Origin: Geosiphon pyriformis uo1
Taxonomy: Eukaryota; Fungi; Glomeromycota
DNA length: 64,000 nucleotides
Direction: 5' to 3'
NCBI GenBank assembly: GCA_016748015.1
Contig: JAAOMT010000303.1
Coordinates: 372,001-436,000, forward strand
Shown in pieces: positions 51,960 through 64,000 of the stretch (position 1 is its first letter; every line of letters starts with the position of its first letter). The notes below the pieces were generated by a model. It saw nothing but the letters and a program-made list of their open reading frames with translations, was not told the DNA's origin and made no database searches. Both the position numbers and the translations under genes were made by a program.

Positions 51960-53400
51960 ATAATACAACTATCTAAAGTTCTAAATTAAATATAATTTAT
52001 ATGCTTGCTATATGTAACCAGTCACTTAGCCAATCAATATAACATTATACAACTATGTTAATTAAAACTTTCCTAATTGTATTTACAAAAAACAAATAGC
52101 TAATTTTTGATCTAAAACTAACAGTATAACTTTTCTCAATTTTTAACAAATAAGCAATTCTATTTAAAACCCTAACAAAAAAACTACAAACACTATTAAA
52201 CATAAAGTTATTCTTATTTAACAAGTTTTTATAATTTATTTTTGCTCAAAGCTTTAAATTAAGTATCTATATTTACTTTTTATGACCAATAACTAAACCC
52301 TAAAAAATTCAATCACTCTAAACACAACAAGCTTAATATTTCTAAAAAAAAGTTTTAACTTCTATTAACCAATTCTCAAACACAAATTCTTTGTACAAAA
52401 CTATATACAAATTAATATCAAAAATACATATAGCTAATAATTAAAAAACTACAAATAAAACCAAATTTGTACTAGTTAAAGACTTTTAAATAGCAAAATA
52501 TTTATTAACAAATTTTAACAAACAAAAAAATTCAAGTTGCAAACAAAACTATAATTTAAAAACTCCATTTTATCATAATATATATACAATATACTTAAGT
52601 AATTGTAATTATATAGGTGCTTTCTAACTATTAATAGCAATCTTCTATGTAGAGCTTTTATTAGATATATATACAAACCAGCAATGGCTTTGCTTGTGTA
52701 TTCAGCAGCCATATAAGAATTAAGATGCCAAATTAAAGCAGTATGCTTTCAACTAATATTATTAATTTACAAAAAATTTACAATATTAAAACCTGGTCTA
52801 ATTTTCATTAAAAATATCTTATAGTATTATTTATAGTTCTAATAAAATAATAAATATTGTCAAACACTATCTTACTATTGGCTATTAAAAATTTTTTCTT
52901 AATATTTACTAGAAAAACAAATCTCAAAAAGATAGTTTAATCTGCCAATCTATTAGTATACTTATTATTTAATACATTCAAATAATCTTTTATCTTGGCC
53001 CAATTTACAAAAATGTTTTTATCTTAAACCAAATTACTAACATAATAGCACTCTATTCAACACTTATTACAAAAGTTAAATGCTATTAATTTTAACTTAG
53101 CTTAATATACATTCAAAAAAACCTAATTGTTAGAATAAATTGTGATTTTAAATAAAACCAAAACACATTTTAACCAGAGTCAAAGACAACAATTTATGAA
53201 TCTCTACATCTGTATACAAACTCAGATCAAAAAAGTAGACAGCCATATTACCAATAGCACCAATAGAACCAAAGTTTTTAATTAAACTATCAGTATAAAT
53301 TAATGTCTTAAGCAAAAATACATCTCTTAAATTAGAATAAATAATACTGAAGTCATATATATTAGTTATATTCATCTTGAAAAAGTGTTTAAAAGCAGAT
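51960..53400 (-). mobile_element. 5'-truncated eroded LINE (RNase H, ZnF, 3' UTR)
   Basis: IYTDSLIKNFG...LLSLTL (53148-53375) and YLIKALHRRLL..RKHLYN (52515-52712). Confidence 0.85.
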
Positions 53401-53499
53401 AAAAAATATTAAACCAGATCACTATTTTTGACAAAACTTGAAACTTATGTAAACTAAAAAAAACCAGACTTTTTTTATTATATATATATATATTTTTTT

Positions 53500-54386
53500 A
53501 TTAAGTTTAATAAGTATGATCCAATCACTACTTAGTATTTTAAAACAAATTAAGTGTTTTAAACTAAGTATAATTTACATACTTTCTATATGTAATCAGC
53601 TATTTAAGCCAGTTTAGACTATGTTATATTGCTATAATGAAAGTAAACTTACTTAAAGCCAACATTTTTTGAATTATATCAAATAATAAAAAATTAATCC
53701 AACCAGTTATTTAGTTGTTTTTAAGGAATCAGTTTTAATACTATTAGACTCATATGTTTAAAAAAACATCAAATTAGAAAACATATTATTATTAATGCCA
53801 ATTAAAGGATCTGAATTATCAAACATGTCAACATTATCTATACAGTACTTTTTTTTAGTGAAACCACTTTTTTTTCCAACTTATTAACAACTTTGCTAAA
53901 AAAAACTCAGATGAATCATAAATTCATTAATTTTAAGGCTAAAAACACTACTTAATACCAAATTACCATTAATAAATTATTTAAATATAGTAAACAAAAA
54001 GCTAACAAACTTAACAATTAATTCAACCAATACAGAAAGTTTGGTCAGATCAGATTCCAAGAAGACAACCAAGACAGCACCAAAGGGTCACTAATAACAA
54101 CAGAAAAAAAGGCAAAAGTTGTCAAAAATGGAAACTTAAAGAAGTTTAAAAGAGCAGAAGCTTTGGCATAAAACTTAAAGCTTACAAAATGTGGTATAAA
54201 CATCTTGGAAGTTTTGAAAGCCTTAAGAGAGGAAGATAAAAACACTTTACAATTTACAGTTAGATGACCTACTTCTTAATACTTAAAACAGTGCCAACAG
54301 TCAAAAATTTCTTACCAAATGTAGCACTTTTTTAGCATACCAATTTTGCTTATAGCAGTATCTAAATCTACTTAAAATCCAAACAT
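53500..54386 (-). mobile_element. 3' half of ORF1-only (HAL1-like) element, copy 4
   Basis: Reverse complement of 4850-5470 plus 6350-6620. Cut at ACAT by a TGTTACAG LTR-like terminus at 54387. Confidence 0.78.
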
Positions 54387-55451
54387 TGTTACAGATAATT
54401 ATTTAGAGTATTAAAACAAATAACAAACTCATAACTTGGTGCTTAATAGCTATTAATATTGGTAATTTTTGAAGATTTTGGAATTTAAAAGTTTTGGTTA
54501 AGCTTTTTATATAATAAACAGAGATTTAATTAATGATTTCTTTTGTAAATTTTTTTTTCAGCATAGTAGCTAGTTTATTCTGGCAGTCATATCCTTTTAA
54601 TATACTATTTTTAAGTTTTCTACCCTTGTTTCTGAGTCTTTTACCAGGCTATTTTTGATGTTAAATATTTAGTATTATTATTAGTAAAATTTTAACTATT
54701 AACTAGCATGAAATTACTCTTATAATTTTTATCATTAATTAACATATATTAATATCATTTTAAATTATTACTTATTATTTAATTAAATTATTGAATATTA
54801 TCATTTAATTAATAATTTGATTTATATAATAGAAAGTAAAATAATCAAATTATACAATATTCTAAACTATGTAACATTCAAGAATTTGCTAAAATTTGTA
54901 AAAATTTACTGAAATAGTTAATAGTTTATCAAAATAATTTGTAGTTTCTTAAAATATATTTTTAGTTTGTCGAAATTATAGCAAAGAAAAAAGTTCAAAT
55001 TTATAGACTAGTATTATAACAAGTTGTATAAAAAAAGAGTTTTTCTCTTTGAAGAAATATATTTTATTCTATCTTATTTAAAATCATTTTAATTTACATT
55101 AATTAGTCTTTCAAAAAGTAATAAAAACATCAAATACTTAAAAACCAAATTTCTTAACTATTTATACTTGAAATTCTTTTAAAAACCAACTAATATTTTG
55201 AAATTAATTAGCTACCAATTTCAGTAATTTATTAATGATTTCAGGTCTGAACAGAAAATGATTTCTTTAATAAAATTTTATTTTTTTTATATTTTTTTTA
55301 TATTTTTTATATTTTTTTATTATAAGAAATAATTTGAAGATAAATTCAGTTATTAGAAATTTAATAGTATTATAGTTGAAATCCATACTTTTTATTATTA
55401 CATATATTAGCCACTGATATTATATAATTAGCCACCTTATTTTTAGATAGT

Positions 55452-55585
55452 AATTATTGACCTGATCAATAATCCAACTATTAACCTGATTATTAATTTG
55501 ATTATTAACCTAATTAATAATCTAATTATTGACTTAATCATTGACCTAATTATTGACTTAGTTATTGACTTGGTCATTGACTACT
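55452..55585 (+). repeat. 12-bp tandem array (TATTGACCTAAT-like) in family B U3
   Basis: About 11 units here, about 12 at 62428-62572, fewer in the solo LTR at 47975-48045. Confidence 0.85.
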
Positions 55586-58500
55586 TTTAATAGTTATATA
55601 AGTAATAAATCTCTTAGCTGTAAAAAAACATGTAAGAATCAAAGAAAGCAAAAAAATAAAATACCAATTTTATCTCAATTTTTTTTTTCTTGTTAATTTT
55701 TTTTTCCTTATTTTTAAGTATTTGAATATCTTGAGATAAAAGATTACTTGTTGGCATTTACTTACCTTTTTTTTGAATCATATAATTGTAACATATAAAG
55801 ATTATTGAATAAAATATAACTGAAAAGCACATTTAATATCTGATATTAAATTTTAAGAGCATTAATATAAGGCATAGAATTATACTAATGTGTTATTATT
55901 TGTTAATAGTATGAACTATTTTTTTATCTTTAAATTCTCCAGTTATTTTTTGAAAAAAATAGTGACTGAAATATTTTATAAGACTGATCTTATATATTAA
56001 ATCCATATTTATTCAATTTGTTCTTTGAAGTTGAATTTTCTTTGATTAATTCTATCATCTTATAATTTTCTTCTTTTTTGTTATTTATTAGCTTATTACT
56101 TCAACTCATAATATTAAAGTGGTGGTTTCTATAAGGTTGTCAAAATTCACATTGTTTTTTATTATATGAATAATTATTTATACTTGTCATAACAATTAGA
56201 AGAACATTTTAAAGCACACAACAAAAATAATCTAAATTTTATTGAACTCAATTTTTTGTTCTTCTGCTTGATTTGTTTCTCTGTTAAAAAACAATTTAAT
56301 AAACAATTTCAAAACTTTTGAAACTGGTTTCTAAACAAGCACTTAGCTGAAACCTATACAGTTTACACAACTTACTTCTTTGACCAAGCTTATTTTGAAG
56401 ACAATCTTGAAAAAAGAAATAATAACATCAATTAGCTTTTACATTCAACAATTTTTGAACAGTCTCCTAATTTCGAATATCTGAATTATCAAATTCATAT
56501 TTGGATTGTTGCATATTAATCAGTTGAAACTCTCCTTGAAACAGAAAAAAAAACTATTAAACTACTCCTGTTTTTGATTCCTTCTTAAATAATTCAGATC
56601 ATTTCACACAAACTGTTATTTCTGAACCAATGGCTGCTAATTCCATACAAGCAAACATTCTAACTGCCCTCCAAAATATACAAACTGCTTTAAGATAAAA
56701 AAACAACACTCTATTATTATTATTTAAAGATAATGCTCAAAACCCAATTAAATAATTGAACAAGTTTGAAAAAACAGTCACTGCAAATTAGTATAATACA
56801 GAATACAAGTTCCAAATTGTTTGTGGCTATTTTCAAGGCTTTTTTGCTACTTGGTTTTCACAAAAAACTGATGCTAGTGCTCACTAAAGAATCATTAGAT
56901 AAATATTAACAAATGCCAAAGAAAAAAATATCTTTTTTACCATTCAGTTTAAAAACAAATTCAAAACTTCCATCTTAATCTTAAAATGGCATATAGAATT
57001 AGAAAAAAGAACTCAAAGTCCTGGTGAAGTTGTAATCAAATATGTCAAAGCAATCAGAAAACTAATTAAATGAATAGACTCTAAAAAAAATTGAACAGAA
57101 AAACAAAAGATTCATTTTTTTACAAAAAATTAAGAACTGATTTCTGATATGCTCTTTAGTCTTTCCTGGTTTTAAAAAATAATTCAACAATGGATATGGC
57201 TATTGAACTTGCTCAGAGAATTGAAGATAATTAAAGAATATACTTGCAATTTACCCTTTTAGTTTTTGTTTTTGCTCCTATTCTGGCTTCTGTTTCTCAA
57301 ATGGCTGTTATCTTTTTTACTGCTCAAATTCAAGATCCAAATAAACAGTTAATAGATAAACTTACAGCAAATCTTGCTTGACTATTAAAACCTTTGGCAC
57401 AAGCAGTCAAAAATAACCAGCAACTACAAAAAACCAGATTTAAACTACACTTTAATTAGCTTCAACAACCATTTTATCAAAAACAACAAAATTATAGCCC
57501 ATCTGTGTGTTATTGTTGTGATTTAACTGAACACTTTTTCAGAAATTACAACAATTTTTTTTTGTCCCCTTTAGCTTCTAAAAACAATAAAACTTAAAAC
57601 AACAGAATCAATAACAATAATACTCCTAATCATGCCAACATTAATTTTTTTGAAAAGGATTTTTTAGTTAAAGCTATTATTTATCAGTCTTTAAACTAGT
57701 AAGTATATTTTCAAAAAGTAAAAGTACAAGCCAACCAAATAGAAATCTTTTTTACATTTTTAACTTAATTGATAATGATTATAATATGAATAAATTGACA
57801 ATCAACCTCTCTAACTTAACAAAAAAAAAAGCCAAGATTGATTTTATTCTAAATCCCAATAAAGCTTTTACATTAACTGTTAACAACAATAAGCCACCAA
57901 AAACAAAAATTTTTAAAAATCTTTCAAAGCTAAAACTCTTAAAAATTGTACAAAAATTTGGTCTTTATTTTGTTGTTAAAGATCTTATAAAAACACCAGC
58001 TCATATTATCTTTGGCCAACTAATGACCCATCCACAATTCAGAAAAAATCTTCACAAATTATTGATCACAAAAAAAAACCACTAAAAACCAACAAGTATT
58101 TTTGTCAAACTAAACTTGCTAACAATAACAATGTCATTTCTTTAATTTGCAAAGCCTAAATAACTAGATACTTTATTGACCTGATCTTAGATAGTGGATT
58201 ATTTATAAATGTTATTGCCAAATATTTCTTGAAAGTAATTGATAAAAAGATTAATGAACTTTTAACCAGATCTATAATCAATGTGCATAATAACAAAAAA
58301 AAAGCTTGGCATAGCCAAAGCTGTTTCTGTTAACATCAATAGCATCAGCATTGAAACTGATATAAAGGTTTTTAAAGTTAAAAAATATATTATTATTGTT
58401 GACAATAAATGGCTTAAGAAAGCAAAAGACTTACTTGACTATGAACTCTGTGAACTAACCATCAGATGTGATAAAAAGCCTATTGTGATTAAATATTACT

Positions 58501-60442
58501 ATTGGACAACTTCTTTAATATTTAAGCAAAACCAAAAAAAAAAACAATTAAATGAATCAGATAATAAAGAAAATAAAATAAAATAAAATAAAATAAAAAA
58601 AAACAAGAAGAAACTGTTGAATTTGTTTACACTATCTTTACCAGCAATAACAAGCCACTAAACAATATTAAAGCTAACAAAAAAAGAATTATTGTAAATA
58701 GCAAGTTAATCTGTTGATTATATAATAATATACTCAAAAGAATCTTTAACAGAAAATCTAGCAAAAAAGCTAAATATAGTTATTGGTGGCATAATCTTTG
58801 TGCCTTGTATTGGTGTAATAAGCTATTGTATTCTTCCAATAATAAATGCAAATTCTGTCTAATATATTACAAAAATTAGGAACCTATTAACTTGATACCA
58901 AAAGAAAAAATACAAGAAGTACAAAAGTTTTTTGAAAATAAACTACCAGAGATACAATCATTAAAAATAGAGCAAAAAGAACTCTCTCCAAAAAAAAAAA
59001 AGATAAACATTGAAAATCTGTTAGTTAGAAACAGCCCAGTTATCTCAAAAGAAGATAATATCTCTAGACATATTCATATAATACAATATACTATTACCAC
59101 CAAAGAAACTCATTCTATCTACCTAAAGTTTTATCAATTCAATTGCCACAATAGTGAGTTTATCAAAAAAAAATAAACTGAATGAAAAATCTTGGATTTA
59201 TACAAGAAACCAAAAGTAAATAGGCTTTTTTAATAGTAGTGATATTCAAAAAAAAAGAAATCTTATGCTTTTGTGTTGATTATTACCAATTAAATATTAT
59301 TATTAAAAGAAACATGTACTTATTTTTCAAAATTAATGCAATATTAAACAAATTCAATAGTGCTGTTTTTTTCTTAATTATTAACTTAATTGCTAAATTT
59401 TGGCAAGTAAAAATAGATCCAAAAAGCAGAAAGAAAACTGTTTTTATCACCAAATATGGTACTTATAAATTTACAGTTATGTTTTTTGGTCTCACTAATG
59501 TTCCTTTCACTTTTCAATGCTTAATAGACAAAGTATTTGAATCAGTAAAAGAAAACTTTGTTCTAGTCTATTTGGATAACATAATGGTATACTCAAAAAC
59601 TTGGAATAAATATTTAAAATATCTACAAAAGATTTTTGATTTCTTTAAAAATGCTGGCCTCAAAATCAACCCAATCAAATCTTTTTTTGGACATCAATTC
59701 ACCCAGTTTTTTGGTTATTTTATTACAAAATATGAAATTTTCTTTGATCTAGCTAAAGTTAAAAAAGTCCAGAATATTAAACAATCAATAAATGTTTATA
59801 AACTATGCTTTTTTCTTGGATTGGTTTTCTATTATTACAAATTCATCAAAAATTTCTTCAAAATTATCTTTTTTTTTAATTAGCTACTCAAAAAAACTAT
59901 TAATTATTATTGGAATATACATTAACAAAAAACATTTGAAACTTTGAAAAAAAAATTGGTTACAAAACCTATTCTCATGTAATTTAATCTAAATCAACTT
60001 TTTATTCTTTATACTAAAACATCTGGCTATGAATTTGGTGTTGTTTCCTTACAGAAAATAAAAATAACAAAGAACATACTATAGTATATACAAGTAAAAC
60101 ACTCTTACCAGTAGAACAGAACTATTTAGTTACTAAGCAAAAATGTTTAGTAGTAGTTTGGGCTATTAATTACTAGAATAAATAGCTTCTTAATGTGAAA
60201 TTCCTAGTAATAACAGATCATTAAGTCTTGGTTTGGTTACACAACAAAAAAAAGCTAGAACACAAAAAAATAACTTACTGAATACTTTACTTAGATAAAT
60301 TCAACTATAATATTCAATATTGTAAAAGAACAAATTATTAAAATGTCAATGCTTTTTTCAGACTTATCATTTAGTAATAATACAATTTTTACAAACCAAA
60401 CCAATCTAATTATTAGTAACTCTCCCTTAACCAAACACAATA

Positions 60443-61730
60443 ATAAACTTGAATAACTACTCTGTACTAATAAAATTTTTGAGTAAAAAACAATACTTAT
60501 TAGACTACAATTAATAACAAAAAGAATATTTGCATAAATAATCAAATTTTTATTTGATTTACCAGAACCAGTTATATAAAAGAAATAGAAAAAATTCTGA
60601 CTGCTTCCAAAAAGTCATCAAATTTGAAGAAAGAAAAATTGTAATTTATAACATGCATATTAATCTATTAGCTGAACATTTTGAAAAAACAAAAACAATT
60701 TAAAAAACTTTAGCTTGCTATTATTGGCCTATTTTGAAAAAAAACATTGCTAAGTACATTAAAACTTGTAATATCTGCCAAAAAAAAGGAAAATCCAATT
60801 GCAAAAAAGATATCTATTTAATTTCTGTTGATTAATTATTTGACAGAATTGGTATAGATGTTGTTAGACTTTTAACAATAACTTCTAATGGCAACAAATA
60901 TATTATAACAGCTACTAACTATCTTATAAAGTAAGTAAAAACAAAAATTATTTCAGACCAAATAGCAGTTTCTATAACCAATTTTATTTATGATAATATT
61001 ATCTACTGTTATGGCTGCCCCAAAAAACTTTTATCTAATAGAAGAAGAGCTTTTTTTAGTATATTAATTGAAGAACTTTGTAAGAAAATGGGAATACATC
61101 ATAAATTCTCTTTTCCTTACCACTCTTAAACAAATAGTCTAGTAAAACATTTCAACAAAACACTATGTAAAACATTAACCAAAACCAGTAAAGAAACAAA
61201 TTTATGGAACAAAATGCTGCCTTCAGCCTTGTTTGCTTATAGGACTGTAAATTATAACATAATAAGTTATGAACTTTTTTATCTGCTTTATGGGTAAATA
61301 ACAACTTTACCAATAAAAACTGATATTAAGACAATACCATTTGAAAAAATCACAATAGAAAATTACAAAAACATTTTGTAAAAAAGATTTGGTATCATTT
61401 TTGACTCCTTAGTAGAAGCATAAATAATTGCCTTTAAAAAGATAAAACAGTTTTAAAAAAAGCTTAAGAAGAAAAAAACCTATAAAACACTTTCTTTAAG
61501 TGTTAATAACCTAGTTTTGGAATATTACTTAGACAAAAACAATGTTTATGATGATAAATTTTCTAGCCAGTAGAAAAAACTCTTTATAGTTAACAAAGTT
61601 TTGAACAATAATTTTTATATCTTATAAAATTAATATAAAACAATCTTCAATGATTGCTCTGTTTATGATATAAAACTTAAAAAATATGACAAATAATCTA
61701 ATTGGTTATCTGTTGTGGTAATATTGACCT
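60443..61730 (+). pseudogene. Family B integrase ORF
   Basis: (ATA)NLNNY..., MH.N.LAEHF...CNICQK, GIDVV, PYHS*TNSLVK. Confidence 0.8.
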
Positions 61731-61759
61731 AATTAATCAGCAAAAATTAAGTATAAATA

Positions 61760-62340
61760 AATATACTATTTCCAAAACAGAAGTATTTTCAATCCATATA
61801 AACAATTATTTTTTGGATTAAAATATTTAAAACATCTTCTATACTTTTCATAAGTATTAGATCAAAAACTATTTAAACATTACTCTAATCATTGAAAAAC
61901 AAATTACCATAACTGATAACAGTAGAACACATACTGTTATTAAATCAAAAAAAACCACTACCAAAAGAGAAAAAATTGGAAATCTTATTTATAGACAAAA
62001 ACTTGTCATATAAAAGTCAACTAGAACTCTATGGTTGTTTTGGTAAAATTATAAAAGATATAAAGTTCATAAAAAAAAAAACTTCAAAAATACAGATAAA
62101 AATTTTGGATATTATACAGTTAGATATCTTAAAAGTTTTAACTATTGTTAAAAGAACCAAAACTCTTATACAAAAATTTGGTCTTTTGAATACAAAACTT
62201 ATTTTGTCTTAAGTATTATATATTTTATTTACAAAAAACTTTAATAAGCTAGTTAGTTTTAAGCTAAACAAAACTCTTCAATTAGATTATTTTATGAATA
62301 ACTTGAATTTGTCAAAGCTCAATTTCTTTGGAGAGTATAA
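61760..62340 (+). pseudogene. Family B ORF3-like region before the PPT
   Basis: Residual ORF 61976-62212 (LELYGCFGKII...VKRTKTLIQKFG) in the same slot as family A ORF3. Confidence 0.5.
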
Positions 62341-63184
62341 TATTATAATTGAAACTTATACTTTTTATTAGTTATTACATGTATTAACTACTGATATCAT
62401 ATAATTAACTATCTTATTTTTAGATAATAATTATTGATTTAATTAATGATCTAACTATTGATTTAATTATTGACCTGATCATTGATCTAATTATTAATCT
62501 AATTAATGACCTGATTATTGATCTAACTGTTAATCTAATTATTGACTTAGTCATTAATCTGGTTATTGACCATTTTTAATAGCTATATAAGTGATAAATT
62601 TTTTAGCTGTAGAAAAACATGTAAAAATCAAAAAAAGCAAAGAAATAAAATAACAACTTTATTTCAATTCTTTTTTTTTTGCTAATTTCTCTTTCTTTAC
62701 TTTCAAGTATCTGAACATTTTAGAATAAAAGGTTATTTGTTGGCATTTACTTACTCTTTTTTTAACTTGTATAATTGTAGTATTTGAAGATTATTAAATA
62801 AAACATAACTAAAAAACACATCTAATACCTGATATCAAATTCTAAGAATATTGATGTAAGACATAAAATTATACCAGTGTGTTATTATTTGTTGACAGTA
62901 TAGATTATCTTTTTATTTTCAAATTTTTCAGTTATTTTTTGAAAAAAATAGCTACTGAAATATTTTATGAAACTGATCTTGTACATTAAATCTATACTCA
63001 TTTAATTTATTCTTTGAAGTTAAATTCTCTTTAATTAATTCTATTACCCTACAATTTTGTTCTTTCTTACTATTTATTAGCTTGTTACTTTAACCCATAA
63101 CAATAGCTTCCAATAAACGTAAATTAAATAGCAAACTAATATTAGCAACAATTAAAAAAAGAGACCAAAAAATCTTTGTTAATA

Positions 63185-64000
63185 CCATCCAAGAAAAAAT
63201 TATGAATTTAATGTAATGTTTTTTAAACTTTGCAATATACTAGCAATATTTTAATAACTAATAAATATTCTTTATAAAAAATTTTTATTGCAGTTAATAG
63301 TTGTATATTTTAATAACACTAATATTTACTTTCTAACTTTTAAAACTTATTTGGTCTACTTGCAAAAAGTATTTCAATAATTATAAAAAGCAAGATTAAA
63401 ATTAAATATTAAAAAATATTATTTTAAAAAAACAAGCTTAAGTTTTCTTGAACATATTGTTAAGAAAAATAAAGTTCTATCCAATTCAAAAACAATTAAT
63501 ATAGTGAAAAATTTCAAAGTTTTTTGAAATACCACTGAATTAAAAAAATTTACTAAATTAGTCTTCTACTATTAGAAATTTATTAAAAAATTCTCAAAAA
63601 TTGCCAAATTTTTTAACTATTTGATTAACAAAAATATAAAATTTTAATAAATTTTAACACAACAAAAAGCCTTTAATATTTTTAATGAAAAGTTAACAAC
63701 AGCTTTAATTTTTGTTTATTCAGACTTTAACAAACAGTTTTAATTAGTTACTAATGTTTTTCACATTATATTTGATGCTATTTTATTACAATTGAATAAC
63801 AACAGCAATAAGTGAGTTATTGTCTATGTTAATAAAACATTCAAATCTACAAAAACAAAATATGGATTTACTAAATTAGAAGCAATAACTGTTATCTAAA
63901 TCTTTAAACATTTTTAATAATACTTGTAAAAAAAACCAGAATTTAATATTGTTATAAATAATATTGGTTTTAAATAGCTTAACAAAAAAAATTTAAACTC
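63185..64000 (+). pseudogene. Old Gypsy RT-RNase H fragment (family A-like), runs off the window
   Basis: NYEFNVMFFKLCN, FLEHIV, YY*KFIKKFSKIAK, YSDFNKQF, colinear with 17965-18770. Confidence 0.85.

Larger units (their letters stand above)
55368..63102 (+). mobile_element. Ty3/Gypsy family B full-length element (eroded, no dUTPase)
   Basis: LTRs at 55368-56113 and 62341-63102, TSD ATAG (55364-55367, 63103-63106). PBS TGGTGGTTTCTA near 56120, compatible with tRNA-Ile(AAU) after C>T. Decayed zinc knuckle near 57505, LILDSG near 58185, RT 59239-59883 (YLDN), RNase H, integrase. Confidence 0.92.
54676..63184 (+). mobile_element. Eroded family A LTR split by the family B element (pieces 54676-55367 and 63103-63184)
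   Basis: Homology to 43907-44899 with an internal deletion. Resumes CTTCC...GAGACCAAAAAATCTTTGTTAATA after the B element. Confidence 0.8.

Overview
AT-rich eukaryotic DNA made almost entirely of nested, C>T/G>A-eroded retrotransposons, with no recognisable host gene. The repeats look fungal and resemble those I associate with Glomeromycotina such as Geosiphon (recollection, not searched). The core is one full-length APE-RT-RNase H LINE (10062-46321, 15-bp TSD, about 6.75 kb once inserts are removed). Its ORF2 is split by three independent ~9.8-kb Ty3/Gypsy elements of family A (12248-22104 +, 23596-33453 -, 35114-44899 +), each with a 4-bp TSD. Family A has an unusual architecture resembling a complex retrovirus: a leader nearly free of AUG with a probable GUG-initiated Gag extension; Gag-PR-(Cys-rich domain)-dUTPase-RT-RNase H ending in a conserved stop; integrase in its own ORF; a third non-Env ORF running into the 3' LTR; a 20-bp-phased palindrome array in U3; and a duplicated, covarying two-hairpin module in R/U5. 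A second Gypsy family (B, 55368-63102) shares the split integrase and third ORF but lacks dUTPase. The flanks hold several ~2.3-kb ORF1-only non-LTR elements (HAL1-like) that carry the LINE's 3' UTR, plus solo LTRs of three families and 5'-truncated LINEs. All long coding regions are pseudogenised; the ORF3 copy at 43261-43926 is the only accessory ORF without internal stops.
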